In this document: piece after piece, positions 9,943 to 18,933 of the stretch | How the letters are laid out: each line of letters opens with the position of its first letter | Position numbering within the stretch: the first letter of the stretch is position 1 | Assembly (NCBI GenBank): GCA_965279515.1 | Contig: CBDIID010000003.1 | Location: forward strand, 3,264,001 to 3,328,000 | DNA: 64,000 bases | Source: Turneriella sp. | Lineage (GTDB): Bacteria; Spirochaetota; Leptospiria; Turneriellales; Turneriellaceae | Direction: 5' to 3' | The notes under the pieces: generated by a model | Databases searched by the model: none | The model's input: only the letters and a program-made list of their open reading frames with translations | Told to the model about the DNA's origin: nothing | Translations under genes and position numbers: made by a program

Positions 9943-10356
9943 ATGAAGCGAATTCTTGTCTTATGCACGGGCAATAGCTGCCGCAGCCAGATTGCCGAGG
10001 GCTATTTACGCCACTTTGCGGGTGACCGCGCCGAAGTCCTGAGCGCTGGCGTCGAAACCCACGGTGTCAATCCGCGCGCTATTCAGACGATGCAAGAAGA
10101 TGGCATCGATATCTCTGCCCATACCTCGAACAATGTCTCTGAATACATGGGGCAGAACTTTGATCTCATCATTACCGTCTGCGACAACGCCAAAGAGCGC
10201 TGCCCGGTATTCCCGTCGAAAGCGGAACGTTTCCACCACAATTTCCCTGACCCGGCGAAAGCCACCGGCAGCGAAGAAGAAATCAGGGCTGAGTTCCGCC
10301 GGGTGCGGCAGATGATCAAAGAATATTCCGAAAAATTTGTACGCGAACATGTCTGA
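9943..10356 (+). CDS. arsC: Arsenate reductase (thioredoxin-dependent, LMW-PTP fold)
   Basis: [20 protein letters not shown] and FPDP motifs; lies next to acr3. Confidence 0.95.
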   Translation: MKRILVLCTGNSCRSQIAEGYLRHFAGDRAEVLSAGVETHGVNPRAIQTMQEDGIDISAHTSNNVSEYMGQNFDLIITVCDNAKERCPVFPSKAERFHHNFPDPAKATGSEEEIRAEFRRVRQMIKEYSEKFVREHV

Positions 10357-11407
10357 AACTGCAGCCCCAAAACTCTCTTTTCTCGACCGTTACCTGACGC
10401 TGTGGATTTTTGCCGCGATGGCCGCCGGCGTCGCTATCGGCTGGTTTTTTCCCCGCACACCGCAGCTGCTTGGCACCTTTCAGGTAGGTTCGACGAACTA
10501 CCTGATCGCCGCAGGGTTGATACTGATGATGTATCCGCCGCTCGCCAAGGTCAGGTATGAGAAGCTGGGGCAGGTATTTCGCGACCGCAAGGTGTTGCTG
10601 CTGTCGATGGTACAGAACTGGCTGATCGGTCCGGTACTGATGTTTGCCCTGGCCGTGTCGCTGCTCGCCGACAAGCCCGAATACATGACCGGCCTCATTC
10701 TGATCGGTATCGCGCGCTGTATTGCCATGGTGATTGTCTGGAATGATCTCGCGCGCGGCGACAAAGAATATGCAGCCGGTCTCGTCGCCTTCAACAGTTT
10801 TTTCCAGGTTCTCTTTTACAGCGTCTATGCCTATGTCTTTGTCACCTGGCTGCCGCCGCTCTTTGGTGTGCGCGGCGTGGCGGTTCCGATTACGATTACG
10901 ATGGGCCAGATTGCCGGCAGCGTTCTGATCTATCTGGGTATCCCGTTTTTTGGCGGCATGCTCACACGTTTTCTGCTGCTCCGGCTGAAAGGGCAGGAAT
11001 GGTATGAGAAGGTGTTTATAGCGCGCCTCAGCCCGCTCACGCTGATTGCGCTGCTCTTTACGATCGTGGTGATGTTCAGCTATAAGGGTGACCTGATTGT
11101 GAAGATCCCGGGGGATGTCCTCAGGATCGCGCTTCCGCTCTTGATCTATTTTGCGGTCATGTTCGTGGGCAGTCTTTTTCTTGCGCGGCGCGCCGGTGTC
11201 GATTATGAAAAATCGGTTTCCCTGGCTTTTACCGCCGCTGGTAACAATTTTGAACTGGGTATCGCCGTGGCGATCGCCGTCTTCGGCATCGATTCGGGCG
11301 TGGCATTTGCCGCCGTCGTCGGGCCGCTGATTGAAGTGCCGGCATTGATCTTGCTCGTGCAATTTGCCTTGAAACAAAAACAGCGTTTTTCCAGGAGTGT
11401 CGCATGA
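10349..11407 (+). CDS. acr3: ACR3 family arsenite efflux permease
   Basis: [33 protein letters not shown] and GPLIEVP motifs. Confidence 0.96.
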   Translation: MSETAAPKLSFLDRYLTLWIFAAMAAGVAIGWFFPRTPQLLGTFQVGSTNYLIAAGLILMMYPPLAKVRYEKLGQVFRDRKVLLLSMVQNWLIGPVLMFALAVSLLADKPEYMTGLILIGIARCIAMVIVWNDLARGDKEYAAGLVAFNSFFQVLFYSVYAYVFVTWLPPLFGVRGVAVPITITMGQIAGSVLIYLGIPFFGGMLTRFLLLRLKGQEWYEKVFIARLSPLTLIALLFTIVVMFSYKGDLIVKIPGDVLRIALPLLIYFAVMFVGSLFLARRAGVDYEKSVSLAFTAAGNNFELGIAVAIAVFGIDSGVAFAAVVGPLIEVPALILLVQFALKQKQRFSRSVA

Positions 11408-11739
11408 TCAACAAAAGCACCGAATTTGCTTCGCGCGAACAGCAGCTCGCATCCGCGGCGAAGGCGCTGTCGCACCCCGCGCGTCTTGAAATTCTGAAAT
11501 TACTCGCGGGACTCAAGGACTGTATGTGCGGCGATATTGTGAACGAATTGCCGCTGGCGCAATCCACAGTTTCGCAGCACCTCAAATCACTCAAAGAAGC
11601 GGGATTGATTAAAGGTGAAATCAACGGCCCGAGAACATGCTACTGCATAGACATCGATGCGGTGAAAGAGCTGCATGAGAATATTGAAATCTTCTTCCAG
11701 GAAATCAGGACCGCAGCCCGGAACCAGGGTTGTTGTTAA
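11404..11739 (+). CDS. arsR: ArsR/SmtB family repressor
   Basis: [27 protein letters not shown] and C-terminal CC. ATGA overlap with acr3. Confidence 0.92.
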   Translation: MINKSTEFASREQQLASAAKALSHPARLEILKLLAGLKDCMCGDIVNELPLAQSTVSQHLKSLKEAGLIKGEINGPRTCYCIDIDAVKELHENIEIFFQEIRTAARNQGCC

Positions 11740-11747
11740 GGAGCGTT

Positions 11748-12926
11748 ATGATCATACCAGCCGAATACCTCAACAAACACTGCCACTGCAAAACCCTCGA
11801 TAAAAACACGCTGGAATACCCGCAGTTCTTCAGCCCGCACCCGCATTTCATTGCCGAAAAAGACCTGAAATCGACCGCTGTATTCATCGAAGCCTACGAG
11901 CGCCTGCTTGCCGATGAAAATGTCCGCTCGCAGTTTCTGTCGAGGCTCGCCAAACCGGGGGATGCGCCCGAAGCCGGCATTTTTAACTCGTATGATTTTC
12001 ATATCAGCGATACCGGGCCGCAGCTCATTGAGATCAACAGCAACGCCGCCGGCGCCGTCGTTTCGCTTTTTGCCGCGACAAAAATTATGCAGTGCTGCGA
12101 GGGCATGCTCGATAATTTTTCGGCTGAGAAGACTTTAACCGAAGGCGAATCGATCATCCGTATGTTTCGCGAAGAGTATGCGCTGCGTTTTCCAGGTAAG
12201 GTGTTACGCTCGGTCGCCATCGTCGACGAAGACCCCACGAACCAGTTTTTTTATCCGGAATTTTTGCTGGCGCAGAAATTATTACGCCGCAACAATATCG
12301 AAACCGTCATCGCCGCGCCAGGAGACATCCGCATCGAAGGTGACGCTGTCTACGCGGGGGATATCCCCATCGACTTCATCTATAACCGCACAACGGATTT
12401 TTATTTTGAAAACGTTTCTTCGCAGGTGCTCAAAGAGGTCTATGAGCGCGGTCTTGCGACAGTGAGCCCCAACCCTGCCGTGCATGCGCTCTATGCAAAT
12501 AAGGCGAACCTGGCATACTTCTGGTCGTCCGCTGCTGAGTCGCTGCCAGCGGGTGATCTGGCGACGGTGCGCGCGCACTTGCCCGAGACAAAGTTCGTCA
12601 CTGCGGAAAACGCGGCACTGCTCTGGAGCGGGCGGAAGCAATGGTTCTTTAAACCCGTCGAAGGTTTTGGCGGAAAGGGTGTCTACCGTGGCGATAAACT
12701 GACCTCTAAGGTCTGGCTACACATTCAGGCAGGCGGATATATTGCGCAAAAATATATTGTACCGCGGGAACGCCAGGTTGCGCCTGCAGAATCGCTGAAA
12801 TACGATGTGCGCGTCTATGCCTACCGGGGTAAAATTCTCGGGCTCATGGCGCGGTATTACCAGGGACAGACGACGAATTTCCGCACCGCGTCGGGCGGTC
12901 TCGCGCACGTGCTCGTCGCCGCCTGA
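11748..12926 (+). CDS. Circularly permuted ATP-grasp (glutathionylspermidine/glutathione synthetase-like) ligase
   Basis: YDFH...PQLIEINSNAAG near the N-terminus; IYNR, FKPVEGFGGKGV, YIAQKY and YDVRVY. RBS AGGAG; starts 8 bp after arsR. Confidence 0.75.
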   Translation: MIIPAEYLNKHCHCKTLDKNTLEYPQFFSPHPHFIAEKDLKSTAVFIEAYERLLADENVRSQFLSRLAKPGDAPEAGIFNSYDFHISDTGPQLIEINSNAAGAVVSLFAATKIMQCCEGMLDNFSAEKTLTEGESIIRMFREEYALRFPGKVLRSVAIVDEDPTNQFFYPEFLLAQKLLRRNNIETVIAAPGDIRIEGDAVYAGDIPIDFIYNRTTDFYFENVSSQVLKEVYERGLATVSPNPAVHALYANKANLAYFWSSAAESLPAGDLATVRAHLPETKFVTAENAALLWSGRKQWFFKPVEGFGGKGVYRGDKLTSKVWLHIQAGGYIAQKYIVPRERQVAPAESLKYDVRVYAYRGKILGLMARYYQGQTTNFRTASGGLAHVLVAA

Positions 12927-12930
12927 AGTT

Positions 12931-13713
12931 TTAGAATTTGATGCTGTGGCAGCGCACTGACATCTGCATGAAGAAGTCGCGGTTGCTGCGCACGACTTCG
13001 GTTTGGCCGCCCAGGTAAACACTGAGGTTTTCCACAGGTAAACTCATGGAGACAAAACCGCCGAAGCGCAGCGAGCTGTCGTAGCGCACGAAATCACCGC
13101 CGGCATAACTGATGTCGATACCCGTACCGATACGCCTGAACAGTGTGACGGCGGCGGTAAAGATCGCGCCGGGGTAGGTATGGTACATGCCTTCCACCGC
13201 CGGCTTTGCGGCAAAGGGAATCGCTGCATACGCGCGTATGCCAAAATAAAAATACGATACCGGAAAATCAAAGGCGAGACCGGGGCGCGCCTGCCAGGTC
13301 TGCAGGCTTAGTGCCGTCTTGCCGACCGGGATCGTCGCCGCGCCTGTGATACTCACGGATGGTGCATAACGGTTGCCGCCGAAAATATCTTTCGCGCCAA
13401 AAACCGCCGGATCACCCATGCCGGTTTCAGAAACCGAACCTGTGACTTTTTGATTGCTGTCGGCGTAATAATATTCAGAATTTGCACTTCGTGAAGCGAA
13501 GGGCGCACTGACACCGGCGAGCCAGGTTTTTCCTTCATAACCCAGCGCGGCATTGGCCGCAAAATACCGGCCGTTGACTGTCGCCGTGTCACCCGTACCG
13601 AAAACACTGTTGCTGCTTTGGTAGATCGTACCGGCTTCAAGAAAACCGCCGGTTGAATGGATCGCCGAACTCAGTATGAAGATACCTGTCAGCACATGCA
13701 CGTGACCGCGCAT
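12931..13713 (-). CDS. Putative outer-membrane beta-barrel (MetA-pathway/transporter-like)
   Basis: Signal-like N-terminus, GMGD and TIPVG motifs, amphipathic strands, C-terminal Phe. Confidence 0.6.
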   Translation of the reverse strand: MRGHVHVLTGIFILSSAIHSTGGFLEAGTIYQSSNSVFGTGDTATVNGRYFAANAALGYEGKTWLAGVSAPFASRSANSEYYYADSNQKVTGSVSETGMGDPAVFGAKDIFGGNRYAPSVSITGAATIPVGKTALSLQTWQARPGLAFDFPVSYFYFGIRAYAAIPFAAKPAVEGMYHTYPGAIFTAAVTLFRRIGTGIDISYAGGDFVRYDSSLRFGGFVSMSLPVENLSVYLGGQTEVVRSNRDFFMQMSVRCHSIKF

Positions 13714-13721
13714 CGGTATTC

Positions 13722-14381
13722 TCAGTGCTGCTTATCGACGACACCCTGCGTGCCGGTCGGATTGTGTGGCTCGGTAGGCAGGGGCCTGGATTCCGGCGGC
13801 GGTTTTAAAGCCGGCAGGTTCTGCTGTATTTCGCGTTGCATGATGGCGCGGTTGCTGTCGGCGCGGTTATCGGCGGGCGCCGCCGAGGTTATTGTTTTGC
13901 GCGCGGCAGTATCGCTGGCGGCGCGCACCGCTTTTTCGCCGGTGATGCCCGAGCGTCCAAAATCGCCCAACAGGTCGATGACACCGATCAGCGTCGGCGG
14001 GTTATCTTTATTTTGCCTGACAGCGCTTTCGATGTCGGTTGTCTTAGCGCCGCGTTTTACCGCGATCACGACCGACTGCGCGATCTGATTTTTATTCGGA
14101 TTTCCCGCGGTGCTGACGGGCGCGACGAGCCGCGCCGCTTCGGTATAGAGTTCGCGTTCACGCGTGACGGCTTTGCGCAGCGCGTCGGAAGGAACTCCCT
14201 TGGCAATACCCTCGCGGATTTTGTTGTAAAGAGGTTTTGCATCGAGACCGGCGGCGCGCATTTTGCCCGCTTCGGCCCGTATAAAATCGCGCTCCGCTGC
14301 GGGGACGCCCGTCAGGTCATCGGCATAACTTGCCGATGCAAACCATCCGGCTAAAAAAAACAGTTTTAATAAGCATTTCAT
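13722..14381 (-). CDS. Secreted helical hypothetical protein
   Basis: Signal peptide ending ASYA; GLDAKPLYNKIREGIAKGVP; Pro-rich tail. Confidence 0.7.
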   Translation of the reverse strand: MKCLLKLFFLAGWFASASYADDLTGVPAAERDFIRAEAGKMRAAGLDAKPLYNKIREGIAKGVPSDALRKAVTRERELYTEAARLVAPVSTAGNPNKNQIAQSVVIAVKRGAKTTDIESAVRQNKDNPPTLIGVIDLLGDFGRSGITGEKAVRAASDTAARKTITSAAPADNRADSNRAIMQREIQQNLPALKPPPESRPLPTEPHNPTGTQGVVDKQH

Positions 14382-14716
14382 TCTATCACCGCCACGGCAT
14401 TCACCCCGCCGAAACCATCGTCAATTTTCTCGCGCGCCGTGATCGGTAGAAAACGCCCGGTAGAATTTTTAAAAGTATATTCGTAACGGCCCGGCTCCAG
14501 GTCGAGATCGAGCCAGTAGTAGGAGCCCCAGCGGTGCATCTGATGGGCATTGCTGTCCCAGCCATTCCAGCTGCCGATGAGTGTTATTTCGCCTGCGTTT
14601 TCCATATCTAATTCAAAACGATGACCATGTTTCACCGGAAAGGGAATCCAACGGGTGCTCGCGCAACCGGTGCAAAGCAAAAGGATGACCAAAATGCCCG
14701 TGAGCGGCAGACGCAC
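14378..14716 (-). CDS. Lipoprotein with a CBM48/AMPK-beta-like glycogen-binding domain
   Basis: Lipobox LCTGC; LIGSWNGW, LEPGRYEYTF and DDGFGGVNAV. Confidence 0.8.
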   Translation of the reverse strand: MRLPLTGILVILLLCTGCASTRWIPFPVKHGHRFELDMENAGEITLIGSWNGWDSNAHQMHRWGSYYWLDLDLEPGRYEYTFKNSTGRFLPITAREKIDDGFGGVNAVAVIE

Positions 14717-14752
14717 AGGCCGACAGAGTAATAATCGTTAACGTGTGTAAAG

Positions 14753-15274
14753 TCATAAAATTAGCAGGCTATTTTCCTTGCCAAAGTCGTCATTGACGCG
14801 CGCCGGGCAGCGCGGGTCGATTGTCCAGACGCCATCGACCACGAATTGGTACTGGTAACGGCCCGGTGGCAGAGACATCTTGAGATGCCAGTTACCGCCG
14901 TCGCGTTTTTCGAGCTTCATTTTTCCCGAACGCCATTCTGCGAAATCACCGGCGAGCTCGACGCTTTTGGCGTCGGGGGCGTGGTAGCTGAATTCGACAG
15001 GTACGAGTCCTTCTTTAACCTGCTGCTTCTGGTTGGGCCCTGGAAGAATCTGCAGGCCGAAGATAAACGCCGCTGCTGCCCCGGTCATAACCAGCGCATG
15101 CACCGGTGTGAAAATGGCGCGGCGGTACCAGGGAATGTAGGGCGCCTGGATCTCGGGAGCCGCGGCACGCAGCGCGCGCTTGATCTTATCTTTCAGTCCA
15201 AACTGCTCGGCGAGCTGATGTGCCGCCTCGCGGCGTCGTTCACGGTCAAAACGCAATTGTTCTCTTAAGTCCAT
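14753..15274 (-). CDS. Putative membrane anti-sigma factor with an extracytoplasmic CBM48/AMPK-beta-like domain
   Basis: Charged N-terminus, one TM helix, then VELAGDFAEW, LPPGRYQYQFVVDGVW and DDFGKENS. Overlaps the sigma gene stop. Confidence 0.8.
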   Translation of the reverse strand: MDLREQLRFDRERRREAAHQLAEQFGLKDKIKRALRAAAPEIQAPYIPWYRRAIFTPVHALVMTGAAAAFIFGLQILPGPNQKQQVKEGLVPVEFSYHAPDAKSVELAGDFAEWRSGKMKLEKRDGGNWHLKMSLPPGRYQYQFVVDGVWTIDPRCPARVNDDFGKENSLLIL

Positions 15275-15840
15275 AAATACTCCCGCAGTTGCGGATTGGT
15301 TTTCGCCAGCTGCTTACGCGCGCGAAAAAGCCGCACCTTGATGAGCGAAACAGGTACCTTGAGTGCGGTGGAAATTTCGTTCATCGATAATTCTTCTTCA
15401 TAAAATAACATCAATACATTACGCATCGCCTCGGGCAAACGGTCGATCGCGGCTCTCAGGTCGCGTGCGAGTTCGCGCTCCTCGAGGTTACGGGCGGTCT
15501 CAGAGCGATCGAGAATCTCATCCATTTCAGGCTGCGATTCGACAAGCCGGCTGCGGGCACTCTTCTTAAGATCGCGCACCAGGTTCAGCGCGATGCCAAA
15601 AAGCCACGTGGAAAACCGGCTGCCCTCGCGGAAGCGCTGGATGTTATTGATAGCCCGAATAAACGCCTCCTGTGCCACTTCGAGTGCATCGTCTTCATTA
15701 CCCGTATGCCGCATCAGGAAGCCAATGAGTGGCCCCTGCCAGGTACCGATAAGCCAATCCCAGCCGGTTTCATCGCCGGCGCGCGCACGGGCAATCGCCT
15801 CCGCTTCGCCGCTTTTGGGGTCTTGCGGCTGGGTGATCAT
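15265..15840 (-). CDS. ECF RNA polymerase sigma factor
   Basis: Region 2: DALEVAQEAF...FSTWLFGIALN. Region 4: LSMNEIS...KVRLFRAR. Confidence 0.95.
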   Translation of the reverse strand: MITQPQDPKSGEAEAIARARAGDETGWDWLIGTWQGPLIGFLMRHTGNEDDALEVAQEAFIRAINNIQRFREGSRFSTWLFGIALNLVRDLKKSARSRLVESQPEMDEILDRSETARNLEERELARDLRAAIDRLPEAMRNVLMLFYEEELSMNEISTALKVPVSLIKVRLFRARKQLAKTNPQLREYLWT

Positions 15841-15855
15841 GCTCTCTCTAGATGG

Positions 15856-15880
15856 TACGCCTGTTTGGGGCCAAGGTTAC
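15856..15880 (-). promoter_or_regulatory. Candidate ECF autoregulated promoter
   Basis: Minus strand reads GTAACC-ttggccccaaacagg-CGTA (AAC-N16-CGT), 15 bp upstream of the sigma ATG. Confidence 0.6.
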
Positions 15881-16139
15881 GCACCGCGTCAAAAATATAT
15901 AGGGCCGACGATGACAAGCTGTTTGTCAGAAAGCGGATGTCATGAATTACGATAACGGCGTCGCTTCGTAGGCCGTTGCGGTTGTTGCGCTCGCAGTAAC
16001 CGGTGGAGGTTATATGGCCGGCGGACGGCTGGCACAGGCAAAGTTTACAAATAAATAATCCGTGAGAGATGAATAACGTGTCATGGGTTAATCCTGCTTA
16101 AAATAATTCACCCCGTATGTCTGCCCGGCAGATATACCC

Positions 16140-18500
16140 ATGAAGCCGATGATGACGCGCATGAGCCTTGTTCTGATCGCTGGTTTTGCCGTATTTCAGG
16201 CCGGTGCCCAGACCGGTATTCCCGTGACGCCGGACAACCAGGCGCAGATTCTGAACCTCAATAACATCAATACCCCGTACAATGAGTACACGCCTTTCAT
16301 CACCGCTGACGAGCACTTCCTGTTCTTCCAGTCCAATCGCCCCGACGGCGTCGAGGGCGCAGGCGATTTTGACCTCTGGTTTGCTGAAAACGAAGTCAGC
16401 GAGGGAACTCCTAAATTTAAACCCCCGGTGAATGTCGGCTTGCCGGTTAACTCGTCTGTTTTCGACGGGCATCCGACGCTCCGGAAATTACCTACCGGTG
16501 AGTACGAAATGTATTTCTGCTCTTTTGCCCTCGAAGGCCGCGAAGGCCCGGAGCTGACAAATATCTATTATACAGTCATGAAGAACGGTAAGTGGACTTC
16601 CCCTGTGCCCGTGACTGAAGTCAATACGGATTTCCATGATCGTATGCCGTCGATTTCACAAGACGGGCATTATCTGTTCTTTAGCTCAGATCGTCCCGGC
16701 GGTTTTGGCCGCGACGACATCTGGGTTTCGGAATATGATTTTGCCGCGAAGCGTTGGGGTAAACCCACGAATGCCGGCCGCACGATCAACACACCCGCCT
16801 CAGAAATGACGCCTGCGCTGCACTCCGATAATATTACCCTTTATTTTTCATCAGACCGCGCCGGCGGTGTCGGTGGTTACGATATCTATGTGACGCAGAT
16901 GCTGCAGGGCATGCCGCAATCGGCGATGACAGGCGGCGATGCAGAGTCGATGTGGAAAAAACCACAGAACCTCGGCAAGCCCTACAACTCGACATTTGAT
17001 GATGAATACCCAACGGTTATCCGCAGTGGCGGCTATATGTATTTTGCGTCGAACCGCGAAGGCGGCCAGGGCAGTTTTGATGTCTACCGCGGCAAGGTGC
17101 CCGACTTCGCAAAACCCGAGGTCGTTGTTACCCTCAAAGGCCGCGTCAAAGAGAAATTCAGCGAGAAGGGCATTGAGGCGAACATCCGCATTACCGACGC
17201 CGACGGTGAGCGCAATTTTTCGACGCATCAGCCCGAGGGGCTCTATAGCGCGAACCTCATCAACAAAAAGCAGTATAAGATGGTGGTGACGGCGCCGGGT
17301 TATGCGCCGATCGAATATATCGCCGACCTGCGCGATGTGCATACACCGATCACGATCCAAAAAGATTTCGAGATGGAACGCACGCTGGCTTTCCCGAAAG
17401 AACTGACAGTCAACATCACATTCGTGAACGAGAAGGGTACGGTACTGAAACCTAATGCTACCTACCGGCTGAGCCCTGAGATCAAAGACGATACAATTTT
17501 ACCGTTTAAGAAAAATGCCGGCGTCATCAAGATTCCGTTGATGTCGAAATACAAAAAGCCTGAAGATGCACTCGCGGCGCTCGAACAGATGCAGCTCGCT
17601 GTTGCCGCTAAAAAACAGGGCTACGAAGATCTCGCCGAAACGCGTGGTATTACCGATCTGATGCGCGGCAATGCCGGCGATGTCAAGGACGTGGTCGAGC
17701 TGAAGCTGACGATGAAGGCAGCGGGGTCAACCCCGACACCGGTGGATATCGTGGATTGTAAGGCCGGCAATGGTTGCGTGGCGATCGCATATTTCTCGAC
17801 CAATGTCTCGAGCAAGCTCAACAATGAAAAAGCCGTCGGCCTGAAAAAAGTTGTGGAGTTGTGGAACAAAGAGCCGCATAAATATGTCTATGTCTACGGC
17901 CATACAGACAGCCGCGGTACACCGGGCTATAACCTGAAGCTGGCGCGTTCGCGCGCGGCATTCGTGAAACGCCGCCTGATACAGTATGGCATCCCCGCCG
18001 AGATGGTGATCGCTAAATCTTTCGGCGAAACCAAGCCTGCAAGTAAAGATGAAAGTACGGCAGAAGGCCGGCGCCTGAACCGGCGTGCTGAAATCTATTT
18101 CGATACGACCAAGCGCCCCGGCGACGAAGTGATCGAAGAAAAAGCGGCACCGGAGGACAAACCAGCGCCGAAGAAAAAGAAACCGGCGAAGAAAAAGCCC
18201 GCTAAACCGGCAAAACCACTTCCACCCGAAGAGGTCGAGCCATCGGCTAAAGAAAATGGCGATGATAAGATTGTGCCTGGCGCCGAAGGGCTTCCTAAAC
18301 CGAAGCCAGACGCGGCGAAACCAGTGGAAAAACCGACGGTAGAACCAAAGCCTACTGAGAAACCCGCCGAAAAACCTACAGGCGAAAAAAAGCCTGCGGA
18401 AAAACCCGGTACCGTCGAAGAACAACCTTTCGACAAACCTGTGGAAAAGCCGGGTGCGCCCGCTGTAGCTCCGCCGAATACCGAAATCAAAGTCCAATAA
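16140..18500 (+). CDS. OmpA family protein with PD40 (WD40-like) repeats and a Pro/Lys/Glu-rich tail
   Basis: Repeated LFFSSDRPGGFG-x-DIW units; GHTDSRG...NLKLARSRA...NRRAEI peptidoglycan-binding domain. Confidence 0.9.
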   Translation: MKPMMTRMSLVLIAGFAVFQAGAQTGIPVTPDNQAQILNLNNINTPYNEYTPFITADEHFLFFQSNRPDGVEGAGDFDLWFAENEVSEGTPKFKPPVNVGLPVNSSVFDGHPTLRKLPTGEYEMYFCSFALEGREGPELTNIYYTVMKNGKWTSPVPVTEVNTDFHDRMPSISQDGHYLFFSSDRPGGFGRDDIWVSEYDFAAKRWGKPTNAGRTINTPASEMTPALHSDNITLYFSSDRAGGVGGYDIYVTQMLQGMPQSAMTGGDAESMWKKPQNLGKPYNSTFDDEYPTVIRSGGYMYFASNREGGQGSFDVYRGKVPDFAKPEVVVTLKGRVKEKFSEKGIEANIRITDADGERNFSTHQPEGLYSANLINKKQYKMVVTAPGYAPIEYIADLRDVHTPITIQKDFEMERTLAFPKELTVNITFVNEKGTVLKPNATYRLSPEIKDDTILPFKKNAGVIKIPLMSKYKKPEDALAALEQMQLAVAAKKQGYEDLAETRGITDLMRGNAGDVKDVVELKLTMKAAGSTPTPVDIVDCKAGNGCVAIAYFSTNVSSKLNNEKAVGLKKVVELWNKEPHKYVYVYGHTDSRGTPGYNLKLARSRAAFVKRRLIQYGIPAEMVIAKSFGETKPASKDESTAEGRRLNRRAEIYFDTTKRPGDEVIEEKAAPEDKPAPKKKKPAKKKPAKPAKPLPPEEVEPSAKENGDDKIVPGAEGLPKPKPDAAKPVEKPTVEPKPTEKPAEKPTGEKKPAEKPGTVEEQPFDKPVEKPGAPAVAPPNTEIKVQ

Positions 18501-18501
18501 C

Positions 18502-18915
18502 ATGGCTGATGTTGTGCAGAACGTCACCAGCGAAGATTTTTCGCTGGTGACACAGCACATGGTGATGTCGGAGCATTTGAATCCCAACCACCATATTTTC
18601 GGCGGCCAGCTTCTAGCCTGGCTCGACACCGATGTCTATCTGCATTGCACGAACAAGCTGCGCTATAAATCGATGGTGACCGTGAGCATGAATAATGTCT
18701 ATTTCAAGGCGCCTGGTTATCTCGGTGATATCATCCAGATCTTTGCACGCATCAAGGATGTACGCCGCAGCAGTGTAACGGCAGAAGGCAAGGCCGTGGC
18801 CTATGATCCCGAGAAGCAGACTTCACGCGAGATCATCGCCTGCGAAGTGACGTATGTGGCGGTCGGCCCGAATGGCCGGCCGGTACGGATTTTTGATAAG
18901 GCGAACCCGGGCTGA
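18502..18915 (+). CDS. Hotdog-fold acyl-CoA thioesterase
   Basis: LNPNHHIFGGQLLAWLD and YVAV...GRP motifs. Confidence 0.88.
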   Translation: MADVVQNVTSEDFSLVTQHMVMSEHLNPNHHIFGGQLLAWLDTDVYLHCTNKLRYKSMVTVSMNNVYFKAPGYLGDIIQIFARIKDVRRSSVTAEGKAVAYDPEKQTSREIIACEVTYVAVGPNGRPVRIFDKANPG

Positions 18916-18933
18916 TTACCCGAAAGGATTTTC

